DNA from: an uncultured delta proteobacterium
GTDB lineage: Bacteria; Desulfobacterota; Binatia; UBA9968
Direction of reading: 5' to 3'
Length of the DNA: 64,000 nucleotides
Assembly (NCBI GenBank): GCA_963771465.1
Contig: CAVYTU010000011.1
Location: 160,001-224,000 of the forward strand
Part shown: positions 19,299 through 30,207 of the stretch, piece after piece
How positions within the stretch are numbered: the first letter of the stretch is position 1
Layout: every line of letters begins with the position of its first letter
Notes under the pieces: generated by a model
Database searches by the model: none
Told to the model about the DNA's origin: nothing
What the model saw: the letters and a program-made list of their open reading frames with translations, nothing else
Made by a program: the position numbers and the translations under genes

Positions 19299-20186
19299 AT
19301 GAAAGTTTGTCATTACAATAACAATCAAGCCGGCGTAGCGGTTGGCGACAAAGTAATCAACTTCGGCGACGCGTTGATCAAAGCCGGCTTGGCGCGCCAA
19401 GGCTACACCATGCTCGAAATCATCGACGCTCTGGCGAACAATCCGGCGGCGATGCAAATCGCGCGCGATGCGGCGAACAGTTCCGGCGGTGTGGACTTAA
19501 GTTCGGTCAAATTGCTCGCGCCGATCCAAAATCCCGGCACGCTCTGGGCCGCGGCGGCCAACTATGGCGCGCACCGCGCCGAGATGGTCGACCGCATGGG
19601 CAGCGCGAACAAGCAGATCGTCAACAAAGACGATTTGATGGCGGAGTTTTTCATCAAGACCTCTTCGTCGATTATCGGTCCCGGCGACACGGTGATTCTG
19701 CCGAAAATGTCCAAGTTGGTCGACTTCGAGTGCGAGCTGTGCGCCGTGATTGGCAAGAAGGCGCGCAAAGTGACCGAAGCGCAGTCCCTCGAACATGTCT
19801 TCGGTTACATGATCTGCTGGGACATCAGCCAGCGCGATCCGTGGGGCAAGGGCATGCACAACACGCGCAACATGCGCAAAGGCTTCGATACGTTTACCGC
19901 GCTCGGTCCGTGGATCGTCACGCGCGACGAAATCGAAGAGCCGCAGAATCTTTCAATCACGGTCTTGCAGAACGGCGTAGACGCAATGATCGCGCATACC
20001 AGCGACATGATCTGCGGCCTGCGCGAGCATATCCGCTTTCTCAGCAACTGTCTGACCTTGCGCAGCGGCGATCTGATCACCACCGGCACGCCGGCCGGCG
20101 TGAGCAAGTTGCATGACGGCGATCGTCTGCACGGCACGATTGAAAAGATCGGCAGCATGGAATTGTTCGTCAAAGACGAAAAATAG
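19299..20186 (+). CDS. Fumarylacetoacetate hydrolase-family protein
   Basis: NY..H, FIK, DFECEL..VIGK, DISQRD, KGFDTF..LGP, GDLITTGTPAG. Confidence 0.92.
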   Translation: MKVCHYNNNQAGVAVGDKVINFGDALIKAGLARQGYTMLEIIDALANNPAAMQIARDAANSSGGVDLSSVKLLAPIQNPGTLWAAAANYGAHRAEMVDRMGSANKQIVNKDDLMAEFFIKTSSSIIGPGDTVILPKMSKLVDFECELCAVIGKKARKVTEAQSLEHVFGYMICWDISQRDPWGKGMHNTRNMRKGFDTFTALGPWIVTRDEIEEPQNLSITVLQNGVDAMIAHTSDMICGLREHIRFLSNCLTLRSGDLITTGTPAGVSKLHDGDRLHGTIEKIGSMELFVKDEK

Positions 20187-20201
20187 TTATCAGGAGTTTT
20201 T

Positions 20202-21311
20202 ATGTCTGCAGCGCCGAAAGCCAATCCGCCGATCCGAACATTGCTTGGCCCCGGTCCGAGCCCGGTTAGCCAGCGCGTGCTGAACGCTTTATCGCTCCCA
20301 GTGGTCGGCCATCTCGATCCTAAATTCTTGGAAATCATGGATCAAAACATGGCGATGTTGCGGGAAGTGTTTCAGACCACCAATCGCGTCGCTTTGCCGA
20401 TGTCGGGCACCGGCAGCGCCGGGATGGAAACCTGCTTTGTCAATTTGCTGGAGCCTGGCGAGAGCGTGTTGATCGGCGTCAACGGCGTCTTTGGCACGCG
20501 TATGGTCGACGTGGCGCAGCGTTGCGGCGCGCAGGTCGATACGGTCGACGCCGAGTGGGGCACGGCGCTCGACGCCGAGAAATTCAAAACCGCGCTGGCG
20601 CAGAAAAAGTATAAGCTCGTCGCCATCGTGCACGCCGAGACTTCGACCGGCGTGCTGCAACCGCTCGATGACATCGCCAAGCTGGTACACGAAAGCGGCG
20701 CGCTGCTGTTGGTCGACGCGGTGACTTCCCTCGGCGGCGCGCCGGTCAGAGTCGATGAGTTGGGGATCGATGCCTGTTACAGCGGCACGCAGAAATGTTT
20801 GGGCTGTCCGCCGGGGCTGTCGCCGGTGACGTTCAACGAGCGGGCGATCGAAGTCATTCGCAAGCGCAAGACCAAAGTGCAGAGCTGGTATCTCGATCTA
20901 TCATGATCGAGAAGTACTGGGGCAGGAGCGCGTCTATCACCACACCGCGCCGATCTCGATGAACTACGCGCTGCACGAAGCGCTGCGCGTTGTTCTCGAA
21001 GAAGGCTTGGACAAGGCGCTGGCGGCGACACAAGCGAACTGCACGAACTGTTCGTCCGCGAAATGCGCAAGCTGGAGATCGAACCCGCGGTAGCGGAATC
21101 CATTCGCGCGCCGATGATCAACGCGGTCAAAATTCCTGACGGCGCAGACGACGCTAAAGTGCGTGCGCGCTTATACGATGACTTCAATATCGAAATCGGC
21201 GCCGGCCTCGGCCCGCTCAAGGGAAAAATCTGGCGCGTCGGTTTGATGGGCCACGGATCGAGAGCGGAGAACGTCGAGATTCTAGCGAAGGCGTTGAAGC
21301 AGCTGATCTAA
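20202..21311 (+). CDS. Class V aminotransferase (alanine-glyoxylate/serine-pyruvate), frameshifted ~20900-21040
   Basis: [34 protein letters not shown] (PLP lysine), YHHTAP in the shifted frame, WRVGLMG. Confidence 0.9.
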
Positions 21312-21451
21312 ATAATACCTCTCACATAGCTTCGGATTTGCGTATAGACGATCGAAGCTGGCGATCCGCTATCTTCCATGATCACCCTCGCGGCTAGGCA
21401 GACAACGTCGCCGCCCACTCCCCATATCCGTTATGCAGCAGCGCCCGAGGA

Positions 21452-22360
21452 TTATTGCTGTGCCACTTCGATCGGCTTGACGAACTCTTTACGGATAAAA
21501 CCGGTCGGCCCAGCGTTGCCAGCGCGGACTTCGAACCAATCGCCATGCCGTTTCACCAGCGTTACTTTCGTGCCGATAGCAAATGTGGTTAGGGAGTTCG
21601 ACGAGAAATTGGGATCCTTGCGCAGCAAGGTCGGATATTTGATTTGAAATTCGCTGGGGTCGGCTTTGATTCCGCTCTGCGCGGATGATTTCGTGTTGAC
21701 CACTGCGACTGGGGCAGGGGCAATGGAAACCGGCGCTTTTGCTTGGGGCTTGATTGTGCTGATCGCCGCCGTCTGGCGGCTCTGCGCAGTATTGTCGCCG
21801 AGGCTGGCTAAAGATTTTTCCCAGAGCACGAGAGTTGTTATATCCATTCCCTCGCGCACGAAAAGCAGTGGGCATGTCACCGTGAGGGTTTCCGATACGA
21901 CATCGGCGAAAGACCATTTCGACACTTCGGCGATCACCGCTTTCTTGAAGTCGACATCATTGACGCGTGAGGACAGTTCTTTTATCTGACTGACTTCGCC
22001 CGAAGGCGAGATGTTGAACTGAAGCATCACGCTACCGATCAGGTTGGGATTTTTCGCAGTCTCTTGGCGATACAACTCGCGTACTCGCTGCAGGTGACTT
22101 TCAAGCCGCAGCATAATTTTGCCAGACTCAAGGGGAAAGTCTTTATCGCTCCGAATGCTAAAGCCAAGGTCTTGTGCAAGAAATACCATGTCGCCTAGAG
22201 CCATGTTCATGGCTTGCGCGGGCTTTTGTGCTGGTGCCGCCACTTTAACGCTGGCAATTGCTTCTTTCTTAGGTGACTGGTTACCCGTCCCGAATCCAAA
22301 GTAGGCAGCCCCTAAGATGACAAGGCAGAATATCAATCCGATGATTGTTTTCATCCCCAA
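21452..22360 (-). CDS. Membrane-anchored protein with TonB-C/AgmX-like domain and C-terminal SH3b domain
   Basis: N-terminal TM; LYRQE..KNPNL.G.V.LQF.I.P.G.V; LRKDP...S..L......GTKV......GDWFEV...GFI. Confidence 0.65.
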   Translation of the reverse strand: MGMKTIIGLIFCLVILGAAYFGFGTGNQSPKKEAIASVKVAAPAQKPAQAMNMALGDMVFLAQDLGFSIRSDKDFPLESGKIMLRLESHLQRVRELYRQETAKNPNLIGSVMLQFNISPSGEVSQIKELSSRVNDVDFKKAVIAEVSKWSFADVVSETLTVTCPLLFVREGMDITTLVLWEKSLASLGDNTAQSRQTAAISTIKPQAKAPVSIAPAPVAVVNTKSSAQSGIKADPSEFQIKYPTLLRKDPNFSSNSLTTFAIGTKVTLVKRHGDWFEVRAGNAGPTGFIRKEFVKPIEVAQQ

Positions 22361-22808
22361 CCCCCAACTGTGTTTCTTACTGATTATAAAAAATTTCCTC
22401 TGGTCAGTGTCGTAGCCGCTTGCTGACCAAAGGGATAGATATCACAGCAACTTTTGTACCGTCAGAGCCGCTGGGCTGACGTAGAACAAGGTAATCTTTC
22501 GTTGTCTTTGCCTGATAATGGAACTAGCTGGGAAACAAAAGCGGTATGGGCGTTATCGGAGATGTTATTCGCGTTACAATTGTCCATCCATGGCATGGAG
22601 TTTACGACTACGGCGATCGCTTCCGCTCGCCCTCAGTGGACATTTTTTGGCCGGCTACCGGATAGTTCGGACGGTTTTCTATTCGCTCGGAGTCTGGGGT
22701 GGATTCCGATCAGAGTACTTTATGATGCTGTCATGGGTTCGGCGAAGGAGACGTTGGCATGAAGCAAACTTGGCTCGTTCATAAGTTGTTACGCATTGGT
22801 TATGTCAT

Positions 22809-22981
22809 TGTCTGGCGACTGGGCGCTTTGGCGCGGCCGTGGAGAAAGACCTCGCTGACGGCAAACTCGCGGGATTGACGGCAACCCCGGTTTCTACATC
22901 AATCGACGAATGCTTTGCGGAGCGCAGCCGAGGGAAGCTTTTGTCAAGCTGATCGAGCAAGAGTTGGCGCCGCGGCGCTGA
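22809..22981 (+). pseudogene. DsbA/thioredoxin-family C-terminal remnant
   Basis: With one frameshift reads CLATGRFGAAVEKDLADGKLAG-DG.PGFYINRRMLCGAQPREAFVKLIEQELA*; no upstream CxxC domain or start. Confidence 0.6.
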
Positions 22982-23068
22982 CGAGTTATTTATTAATGAT
23001 GCTCGGCAGCGCCGCAATTCTGGCGAGTTAACGTTATTGCAGGGTGAAGGATTTTGAAGCGCTGCCGT

Positions 23069-24082
23069 TTACGCCACCGACGGTGCTGTTGGCTTGACTT
23101 GCCAGTTGCCAAGCGGGTCTCGGTTATGGATGCGATATTGATAGATTGCGATGCCATTGGCCGCCGTGATAGCGCTCGCATTACTGACCCCGCCCGTAGG
23201 CGTGGTCATCGTTAAGTTTACCGTCACGTTAGGCGCGGGAGCGCCGTTGACCGTGACCGTCGTGGTAATCCGCACATTCTGACGCCGAGTGTAGCTGGCT
23301 TTGTCAGTAGCGACAGTCACATTGACCGATGCGATTGTGTAAACGACCACCGCGCCGCTGACGCTGTCGGTGTAACTCGCGTCGGCGCCGTGGGTCGCTG
23401 AAGCTGATAAATTGTACATCCCATCGGTGCTGGCCGCCGGCGCAGTTAACGTTAAACTCGTATTGGCCGTTCCGCCAGGGGCTATAGCTATCGAACTGCT
23501 GCCGAGACTCGAACTCCAGCCGCTCGGCGCACTGCGGACGATATTGAAACTAGCGGTCGCACAGCCGCCGTTATCGTTGTTTTTCACCGAGAGTGTGTAG
23601 CTGGCGGATGCTCCCGCCGCGATCGTTTGATTGGTCGTCGGCGCAATGGTGATGTCCGGAACGCCGCGAACGCAGGCCAGCGCGCCGTAGGAGACGTAGA
23701 TACTGCCGTTGAGAGAATTTGAACAGGGAACTTCGGGAGTCAGCGTCACACCGGATACGGCATCGGTGAAACTCGAGCCGACGATCAAGCCGGGATCGTT
23801 CCACGACGATGTCTCAGGTGTGAGGTCCAACAAGTAGCTGCTGTCACTGCTGGCTTCGTCGCCGGTGTGGATGACGAAACCATTGAGTATGTTTGGGCTG
23901 CTCGCAAGACTGGCATCGAAGCCAAGCGGACGGCGGCATTCGGCATAGAAATATTGTCTCTTGCCGCTGGTCGGGTTGGTGTACTTGAGAATCTTGACCG
24001 CTTTGGCATTGTTTCCCACCGTTTCAAATGGATGGAGGGAGTAGCTGCCGTTGCTGATCGCAGTCGTGATCGGCGGCGATGT
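23069..24082 (-). pseudogene. 5'-truncated secreted protein, C-terminal part with NEW3/Ig-like beta domains (resembles M11-type peptidase tails)
   Basis: Frame reads SPPITT...KAVKILK...Y.ECRRPLGFD...SYLLDLTP, then V.NND..C....F....APSGW and TDKASY; no signal peptide or catalytic HExxH. Confidence 0.55.
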
Positions 24083-24436
24083 GCAATGAGTTGGTGGTCA
24101 CTGGCGGCGCCCTTACCGGCTTGATACGGTCACGGTCGTCGCTCGTTGCCGTGTTGGATGTAGTCGTTAAAGCTGATTGGCACCTTACCAAGGCAAGCGT
24201 TAAGCCAGTGGATTGTCGGTGGGGCTGGCAGGGATCGAACTAGGATGGCAAGGGATGGCGAACTGAACAGTTCGAGGTTCGCGCGCACGGCGCACCGAGT
24301 GCGCTAATCCGTGGCAAATTTGTGCGCTTGGATGGCGCCGCCAAGTTTGGCAATTTGTTGCATTTGATGGTAACGAGACTTACGACAGGAAATGCCATCG
24401 TAGTTTCTGCAAACAATGTTTAAATGAGGAGGAAGT

Positions 24437-25465
24437 ATGAGACGACTAGGATTTTTTATCGGGTTGATCATGGTTATAAGCCCAGAGGCCCGTGCGCAAT
24501 CGCCCTATTATCAAGGCAAGACGATTAGTTTCGTGGTCGGTTCGGGGGCTGGGACCGCCTATGATATTTACGCGCGCTTGCTGGGAAATCATATCGGCAA
24601 GTATCTTCCTGGTAATCCGTCGGTGATCATGCAGAACATGCCGGCGGCGGGCGGCATTGTCGCCGCCAACTATGTCTACGGCGTAGCCAAGCCCGATGGT
24701 TTGACAATCGCCTCGATCAATCCGGCGCATTATTTCAATCAGATTCAGGGCAATAAAGAGATCAAATTCGACTGGACGAAATTTACCTGGATCGCCAGCT
24801 CGGACAAGTCGGAACACATGCTCTACATGCGCGCCGACGCGCCGTTCAAGACGATGCAAGATATTCGCAACGCCAAGGAGCCGCCCAAATGCGGTGCGAC
24901 TGGAACGGGCACCAGCGGTCACTACATTCCGCGCTTGCTCGAAGAAACTCTTGGCACCAAGTTCACCATCGTTACCGGTTACGCCGGCGGTAACGAGATC
25001 GATCTGGCGACGGAGCGAAATGAGGTGGTGTGCCGGTCGTTTACCACAGCTGCATACTTCGGCCGCGAGCCGTATCACACGTGGCGCAAGAAAAATTTTG
25101 TGCGCATTCTCTTGCAGACCGGCCGCACGAAAGATCCCAGATTGCCGGACACACCGCTTTACGGAGACTTAATGAACGAAGCGAAGACCCCCGATTTGGG
25201 CCGGCGCGTGGCGACCGTTATGTTGGGGTCCGGCGAGTTGGGGCGGCCGTACGTCGCCCATCCGAATACATCGCCTGAGATTACCAAAGCCTTGCGCGAC
25301 GCGTTCATGAAAAGCATGGCCGATCCGCAACTGCTCGCCGAAGCGACCAAGGTTAATTTGGAAATCACCGCCGTCAGCGGCGAAGAGCTGGCGAAGACGG
25401 CCAGGGACGTGATCAATCAGCCAGCGGACGTGCTCGACCGGATCAGAAAGATATTGGCGCAGTGA
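24437..25465 (+). CDS. Bug/TctC-family substrate-binding protein
   Basis: YYQGKTI..VVG...G..YD.YAR, PGNP....NMP.AGG, AKPDGLT, GY.GG.EI.LA.ER.EV. Confidence 0.92.
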   Translation: MRRLGFFIGLIMVISPEARAQSPYYQGKTISFVVGSGAGTAYDIYARLLGNHIGKYLPGNPSVIMQNMPAAGGIVAANYVYGVAKPDGLTIASINPAHYFNQIQGNKEIKFDWTKFTWIASSDKSEHMLYMRADAPFKTMQDIRNAKEPPKCGATGTGTSGHYIPRLLEETLGTKFTIVTGYAGGNEIDLATERNEVVCRSFTTAAYFGREPYHTWRKKNFVRILLQTGRTKDPRLPDTPLYGDLMNEAKTPDLGRRVATVMLGSGELGRPYVAHPNTSPEITKALRDAFMKSMADPQLLAEATKVNLEITAVSGEELAKTARDVINQPADVLDRIRKILAQ

Positions 25466-25514
25466 CGCCAGGCAATAACGCGGAGCGAGAATTTCGCAAT
25501 CAGTAGGCTCACTG

Positions 25515-26456
25515 GTGGCTTTATTGCTTCGACGGTCGGAAGTTTCGGGTTTGCTCGATTTGCGTCAAGCGATGGGCGTGCTGGAGCAGACGTTTCGCGA
25601 ACAATCTGAAGGCAAGGTCAAGCAAGTGGCGCCGCTACGCTTCATGAATCGCGGCATGCGCATGGTCGTCGGCGGTTTGGACGCGCAGGACAAGAATGGC
25701 TTGCGTGTGAGCGTTACCGGCGGCAAGTCTTTGGCGATGTTGTTCGAAATCAGCTCGGGAAATTTACTTGCCTTGATGGGTTATCCTTACAGCGAGTTAC
25801 GAATCAGCGCGACCGTGGGACTAGCCATCAAGCGATTTACGAATTCGCATGCGAAGACGGTGGCGATGATCGGTAGCGGCCGCCTGGCGCTGCCGATTCT
25901 CGAACCTGCGTGCGCCGTTCGTTCCATTGAGCGCGTCTTGGTTTACAGCAGGAACGCGGAAAATCGCGAAAGCTTTGCCGCGTAAGGCAGCCGCGTGCTT
26001 AAGACTTCGGTGGTAGCGGTGACATCGGCTCAAGCGGCGATCGATCAAGCGGACTTCGTACTCGTCAGCACGAATTCGCCCGCGGCGGCACTGCTTGGCG
26101 AGTGGCTGCGTCCTGGGCTTGCGGTCTTCGGCATCGGCCGGCCCAATGAATTCGACGACGAAGTTTATCTCCGCGCGAACTTGATTTGCGTGACCAGTAA
26201 AACCCATGAACTTGACTACTACGATCGGAAACTCGATCAGCCGTTGATTCGGCTGTCGCAGGGGAAAGCGATTGCGTGGGATGGCGTCGCGGAGCTTGGC
26301 GATGTCTTGAGCGGCAAAATTGCGGTGCCAGATTTATCGCGCAGTCTGATCGTGTTTCGCGACTCCCAGGGTGGTTATGGCGACTTGGCTTTAGCAGCGT
26401 GGGTGTACGAAGAGGCGCGACGACGCGGGTTAGGCCACGAGATCAGTACGGAATGA
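25515..26456 (+). CDS. Ornithine cyclodeaminase/mu-crystallin-family protein with in-frame TAA at 25983-25985
   Basis: The two ORF pieces share one frame; IGSGRLA, VYSR, IG...EFD, ELG.V..G, F.DS.G...DLA. Confidence 0.8.
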
Positions 26457-26483
26457 ACGGTCGAGCGATCAGAGGGTGAGGCG

Positions 26484-27607
26484 ATGAAGAATCGGACATT
26501 CAGCTTCGTTTCAGTTTCCCTTGGGAGTCTATTGCTTGAGCCAGGTCGCAGTGCGCGGCGCAGGCGCGTTGGGAAGATGTCGTTCGAGCGGCGGAGAAGG
26601 AAGGCGAGGTGACGGTCTACGCGACCAACTCGGTCGGCGACTTGCAAGTCATTTGGGATGCGTTCAAGAAACAATTTCCCAAGATCAAGCTGAACTCCGT
26701 CGGCATCAGCACCACCAGCGAGATCGTTACCAAGATCATGGCCGAGCGGCGGGCGAATCAGTTTATCGTCGACGTGGTGCTCGGCGCGCCGGGCGCGACT
26801 TACAATAGCCTGCAACGCGGCAAGGCACTCGATCCATTGCCGCCGGCGCTACTACTTCCGGACGTGACCGATCTGTCGAAGTGGTGGAAAGGCAAGCACC
26901 GTTATGTCGATCCGGAAGGCCAGTACGTCTTTGTCTATCAAAGCTCGCTCTACGGACCGCCGGTGTATCACCATACCAAGTTGGTGAGCTTGGATTCGAT
27001 CCGCTCAGTGTGGGATCTGCTCGATCCCAAGTGGAAGGGCAAGATCATAGCGCTCTGGCCGCGGCCCAACTATGTTTCGACGGCGCTGCTGTTCATGTAT
27101 CACCACCCGCAAATCGGGCCCAAGTTTCTCGAACGCTTTTACGGCGGCGAGATGGATCTCACTTATTTTAGCGACTTTCGTCAAGGCACGGATTGGCTCG
27201 CCGCGGGAAAATATCCGGTATGTTTTTTGTGCCGACTCCGGCGCGCGCAGGAACAAGGACTGCCGGTGGCCGAAATCAGCCCGTATCATTTCAAAGAGGC
27301 GCCGGGGATAGGTTCGAATAATGGCGTCATCGGCTTGATGAATGCTCAGCCGCATCCGAACGGCGCAAAGGTTTTCATCAACTGGTACCTATCGCGTGAA
27401 GGCCAAATCGCATTTAGAAACGCCAACAATACCATCGAGGACGAAACCACCACGTCGCTGCGCGAGGATCTGCCGTTGAACGTCGTTCCGGAAGCAGCGC
27501 GCCGGCGCAAAGATGTCGACTATATCGAAATCAGCCGCCACGACTGGATGGAGTGGAAACCGGTGGGCGATTTGATTTCGGCGGCGCGGCAGAAGTCGGG
27601 GAAATAG
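26484..27607 (+). CDS. ABC extracellular solute-binding protein (Fe3+/thiamine-like cluster), frameshift in the signal region
   Basis: WEDVVRAAEKEGEVTVY, AERRA....DV, DLLDPKWKGKI, PHPNGAKVFINWYLSREGQ. Confidence 0.85.
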
Positions 27608-27615
27608 GATGATGA

Positions 27616-27695
27616 CAGATTCCAAATTTCAGATTCAAAATTAAAGCGGGCGACATCCAATCGTTTGGAATCTTGAATCTGAAATCTGGATTCTG
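27616..27695. repeat. Inverted repeat built of heptamer units
   Basis: 27-nt arms 27616-27642 and 27669-27695 with 3 mismatches; units TCCAAAT TTCAGAT TCAAAAT. Confidence 0.75.
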
Positions 27696-27712
27696 AGTGA
27701 AGCGAGGACAAA

Positions 27713-28897
27713 ATGATTCCACAATTATCCATTCAAGAGCGGGACCGGCGTTATAAAATCGTTCGCGCCGAGATGGCCAAGCGCGGTATCGACGTGTTGC
27801 TGGCGCCGGCGAATACCGGTCGATGGGAGCAGCTGCAAGGGGACTCGCGCTATCTGACGACGATCGGTGGCTTCGCCACTGAAGTCTTCACGGTGTTTCC
27901 GCGCGAAGGCGATGTCACGGCGTTTATCTTCAACCGCGCTGCCTGGTGGCAGAAGGCGCAGAATTGGGTGACCGACGTGCGCGATGGGCGCAACCGTTGG
28001 GGGCAAAACGCGATTGACAGAATTAGCGAGCTTGGTTTGCAGGACGGAACCATCGGCGTTGCCGGTCTTGCGGGTTTGTTTCGCGCGCCGGAAGGCATCA
28101 TTCCCTATTCTTCGATCAAGGCGATACAAGACGCGTTTCCGCAGGCGAAGCTCGTCAACGCGACTGAAATGATGCAGGAGATTCGCGCGATCAAGAGCGC
28201 GGAAGAAGTCGCGCTGCTGGAACATTCGGCGGCGATCACCGAGAAAACGATCGACGCCATGATCGAGAACGCCAATCCGGGCGTGAGCGAAAAAGAACTC
28301 TACGGCGCCATGGTGCATGCCATGCTCGCCAACGGCGGCGAGTTGCCGACGCTATTCTTTCTCAGCGCCGGTCCGGGCATCACCAACAGTTCTTTCGTGC
28401 CGACCGACTATCGGATTCAAAAAAATGATCGCTTGATCAACGAGATCGAAGCCAAGTACGCCGGCTACGCCGCTCAAGCCGTTGCGCCGGCGGTGATCGG
28501 CGCAGCCGATGACGAGTTTGTGAAAATGACCGAGATGTCACGCGCGTGCTTCGACGCGATTCTCAATGCGATGAAGCCTGGCGTGACGTTTGGCACTCTA
28601 TTCGATCTCTATAGAGAGACCGTCGAGCAAAAGGGCAACGGGAAATATCTCTGGAGCCATCCGATGATGCACGCGCGGGGCCTCGGTGACGACGGGCCAG
28701 CGCTGCTCGGCGACAAAGACCTCGAGCGTTTTTCGCAAATTCAGCTGCAGACTGGAATGACCTTCATACTCAAACCGCAAGTTCGTCCGGCGCAAGGCAA
28801 AGGGCGCGCGAGCCTTGGCGATACGGTGACGGTGACGGAAAACGGCGCGCGCCGATTAGGGAAGCGCGAGCTGAAGTTGATCGTGAAGAAGGTTTAG
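27713..28897 (+). CDS. M24 (creatinase/Xaa-Pro aminopeptidase fold) protein with atypical active site
   Basis: S..ERDRR, RYLT, R.IKS.EE, HARGLG, LGDTV.VTE.GARRL. Confidence 0.85.
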   Translation: MIPQLSIQERDRRYKIVRAEMAKRGIDVLLAPANTGRWEQLQGDSRYLTTIGGFATEVFTVFPREGDVTAFIFNRAAWWQKAQNWVTDVRDGRNRWGQNAIDRISELGLQDGTIGVAGLAGLFRAPEGIIPYSSIKAIQDAFPQAKLVNATEMMQEIRAIKSAEEVALLEHSAAITEKTIDAMIENANPGVSEKELYGAMVHAMLANGGELPTLFFLSAGPGITNSSFVPTDYRIQKNDRLINEIEAKYAGYAAQAVAPAVIGAADDEFVKMTEMSRACFDAILNAMKPGVTFGTLFDLYRETVEQKGNGKYLWSHPMMHARGLGDDGPALLGDKDLERFSQIQLQTGMTFILKPQVRPAQGKGRASLGDTVTVTENGARRLGKRELKLIVKKV

Positions 28898-28979
28898 CTG
28901 CGAAACACGCAAAGGGCAAGAATTATTTCCGATCTTTGCGGCTTGACACGAAAGGTTTCTCAACGTCCGGCGACCTATC

Positions 28980-30194
28980 ATGACTGAACTTTATCCTTAT
29001 CCACGCTTCTCTCTCGCTGAGCGCGACCGGCGCTGGAACGCCGTCCGCGCATTGATGCGCGAGGGCAATCTCGACGTCATCGTCACGCCGCAGAACAGCG
29101 GCCACTCCGCCGACTATCAGGCTAATACGCGCTATCTGACCCACTGCGGTGGTGGCGAACCCGATCTTGCGTCGGTATTTCCGCTCCAAGGTGAAGTGAC
29201 GGCGATCGCCACGTCCGCGGCGCCGCGCTGGCCGACCGTGCAAGATTGGGTGACGGACGTGCGCGAGGCGCGGCGCAATTACGGCAAGGTAATTGTCGAG
29301 CGCTTGAGAGAATTAAACGTCGAGCGCGGCCGGATCGGTATCACCGGTCTCGGTGAAGTCGAAGGCACGCGCACGCCGGAAGGGACGATCTTTTACGGCA
29401 CATGGAAGCAAATCCGTGAGGCGTTCCCGTATGCTGAGTTGGTCGACGCGACTGCGATCCTTGACGAAGTGCGTTACGTCAAGAGCGCAGAAGAAATTGA
29501 CGTGTTAACCAAGTCGATGGAAATTAACGAATTAGCGATCGATGCAGAGATCGAAGCCGCGAAAGTCGGCGTCAAAGATTGGGAAGTGTGGGCTGCGGTT
29601 CATTACGCGATGACGCGCAATGGCTCCGAGCTGCCGATCCATTGCTTCTGGGTGTCGGGAAAAAATCCCAAGCGCACGTTGACCCGGCCGAGCATGCGGC
29701 TGCTCGAGCGCGGCGATGTGATTATCAACGAGCTGGAAGCTTCCTGGATTGGCTACCGCGCCCAAGGTGTGCAGCCGGTCTTCGTCGAAGTCATCGACCC
29801 GGTCCAAGCTGAGCTGATCAAAGTGCAGCGAGAGATTTTCAATCGAGTGGTCGAAAGCTTGAAGCCCGGCATCACCGTCGGCGAGTTAGCTGAGCTGACC
29901 CGAAAAACCGCGGCCAGCGCGGCACCGAAAACTGGCCCGGCGGCGGGCACGCGCGGCGAGCTCAACATGCACGGCCGCGGTCAAGGCGACGACGGGCCGA
30001 TCATCACGCCGCACGCTAAAAGCCCGCGCCAGTTAGCGGTTGAGATGCGCGAAAATATGGTCTTCATCTGTAAGCCGTCGGCACTATCGGCAGATGGCGC
30101 GTATATCTGCCAGTGGGGCGACACGGTTGTGGTCACGAAAATCGGCGGCCGGCGCCTCGGCAAACGGGCGCATGAGCTGTTAGTTTCAAAGTGA
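28980..30194 (+). CDS. M24 (creatinase/Xaa-Pro aminopeptidase fold) protein, tandem paralog
   Basis: FS.AERDRRW, RYLT, RYVKSAEEI, HGRGQG, WGDTVVVT..GGRRLG. Confidence 0.85.
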   Translation: MTELYPYPRFSLAERDRRWNAVRALMREGNLDVIVTPQNSGHSADYQANTRYLTHCGGGEPDLASVFPLQGEVTAIATSAAPRWPTVQDWVTDVREARRNYGKVIVERLRELNVERGRIGITGLGEVEGTRTPEGTIFYGTWKQIREAFPYAELVDATAILDEVRYVKSAEEIDVLTKSMEINELAIDAEIEAAKVGVKDWEVWAAVHYAMTRNGSELPIHCFWVSGKNPKRTLTRPSMRLLERGDVIINELEASWIGYRAQGVQPVFVEVIDPVQAELIKVQREIFNRVVESLKPGITVGELAELTRKTAASAAPKTGPAAGTRGELNMHGRGQGDDGPIITPHAKSPRQLAVEMRENMVFICKPSALSADGAYICQWGDTVVVTKIGGRRLGKRAHELLVSK

Positions 30195-30207
30195 GGAGTC
30201 GTACTTT

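Noticed and set aside
22454-22784. Two overlapping short + strand ORFs
   Set aside because: No motifs or RBS and atypical composition; probably non-coding or decayed sequence
24170-24300. Intact tRNA gene
   Set aside because: Only a 3'-end-like 23-mer; no matching T-stem 5' strand, anticodon arm or D arm
24346-24364. Sigma54 promoter upstream of the Bug gene
   Set aside because: GG-to-GC spacing is 9 nt instead of the required 10
25983-25985. Stop-codon recoding in the OCD-like gene
   Set aside because: The codon is TAA, which terminates many other genes here; Sec/Pyl use TGA/TAG; an error or nonsense mutation is more likely
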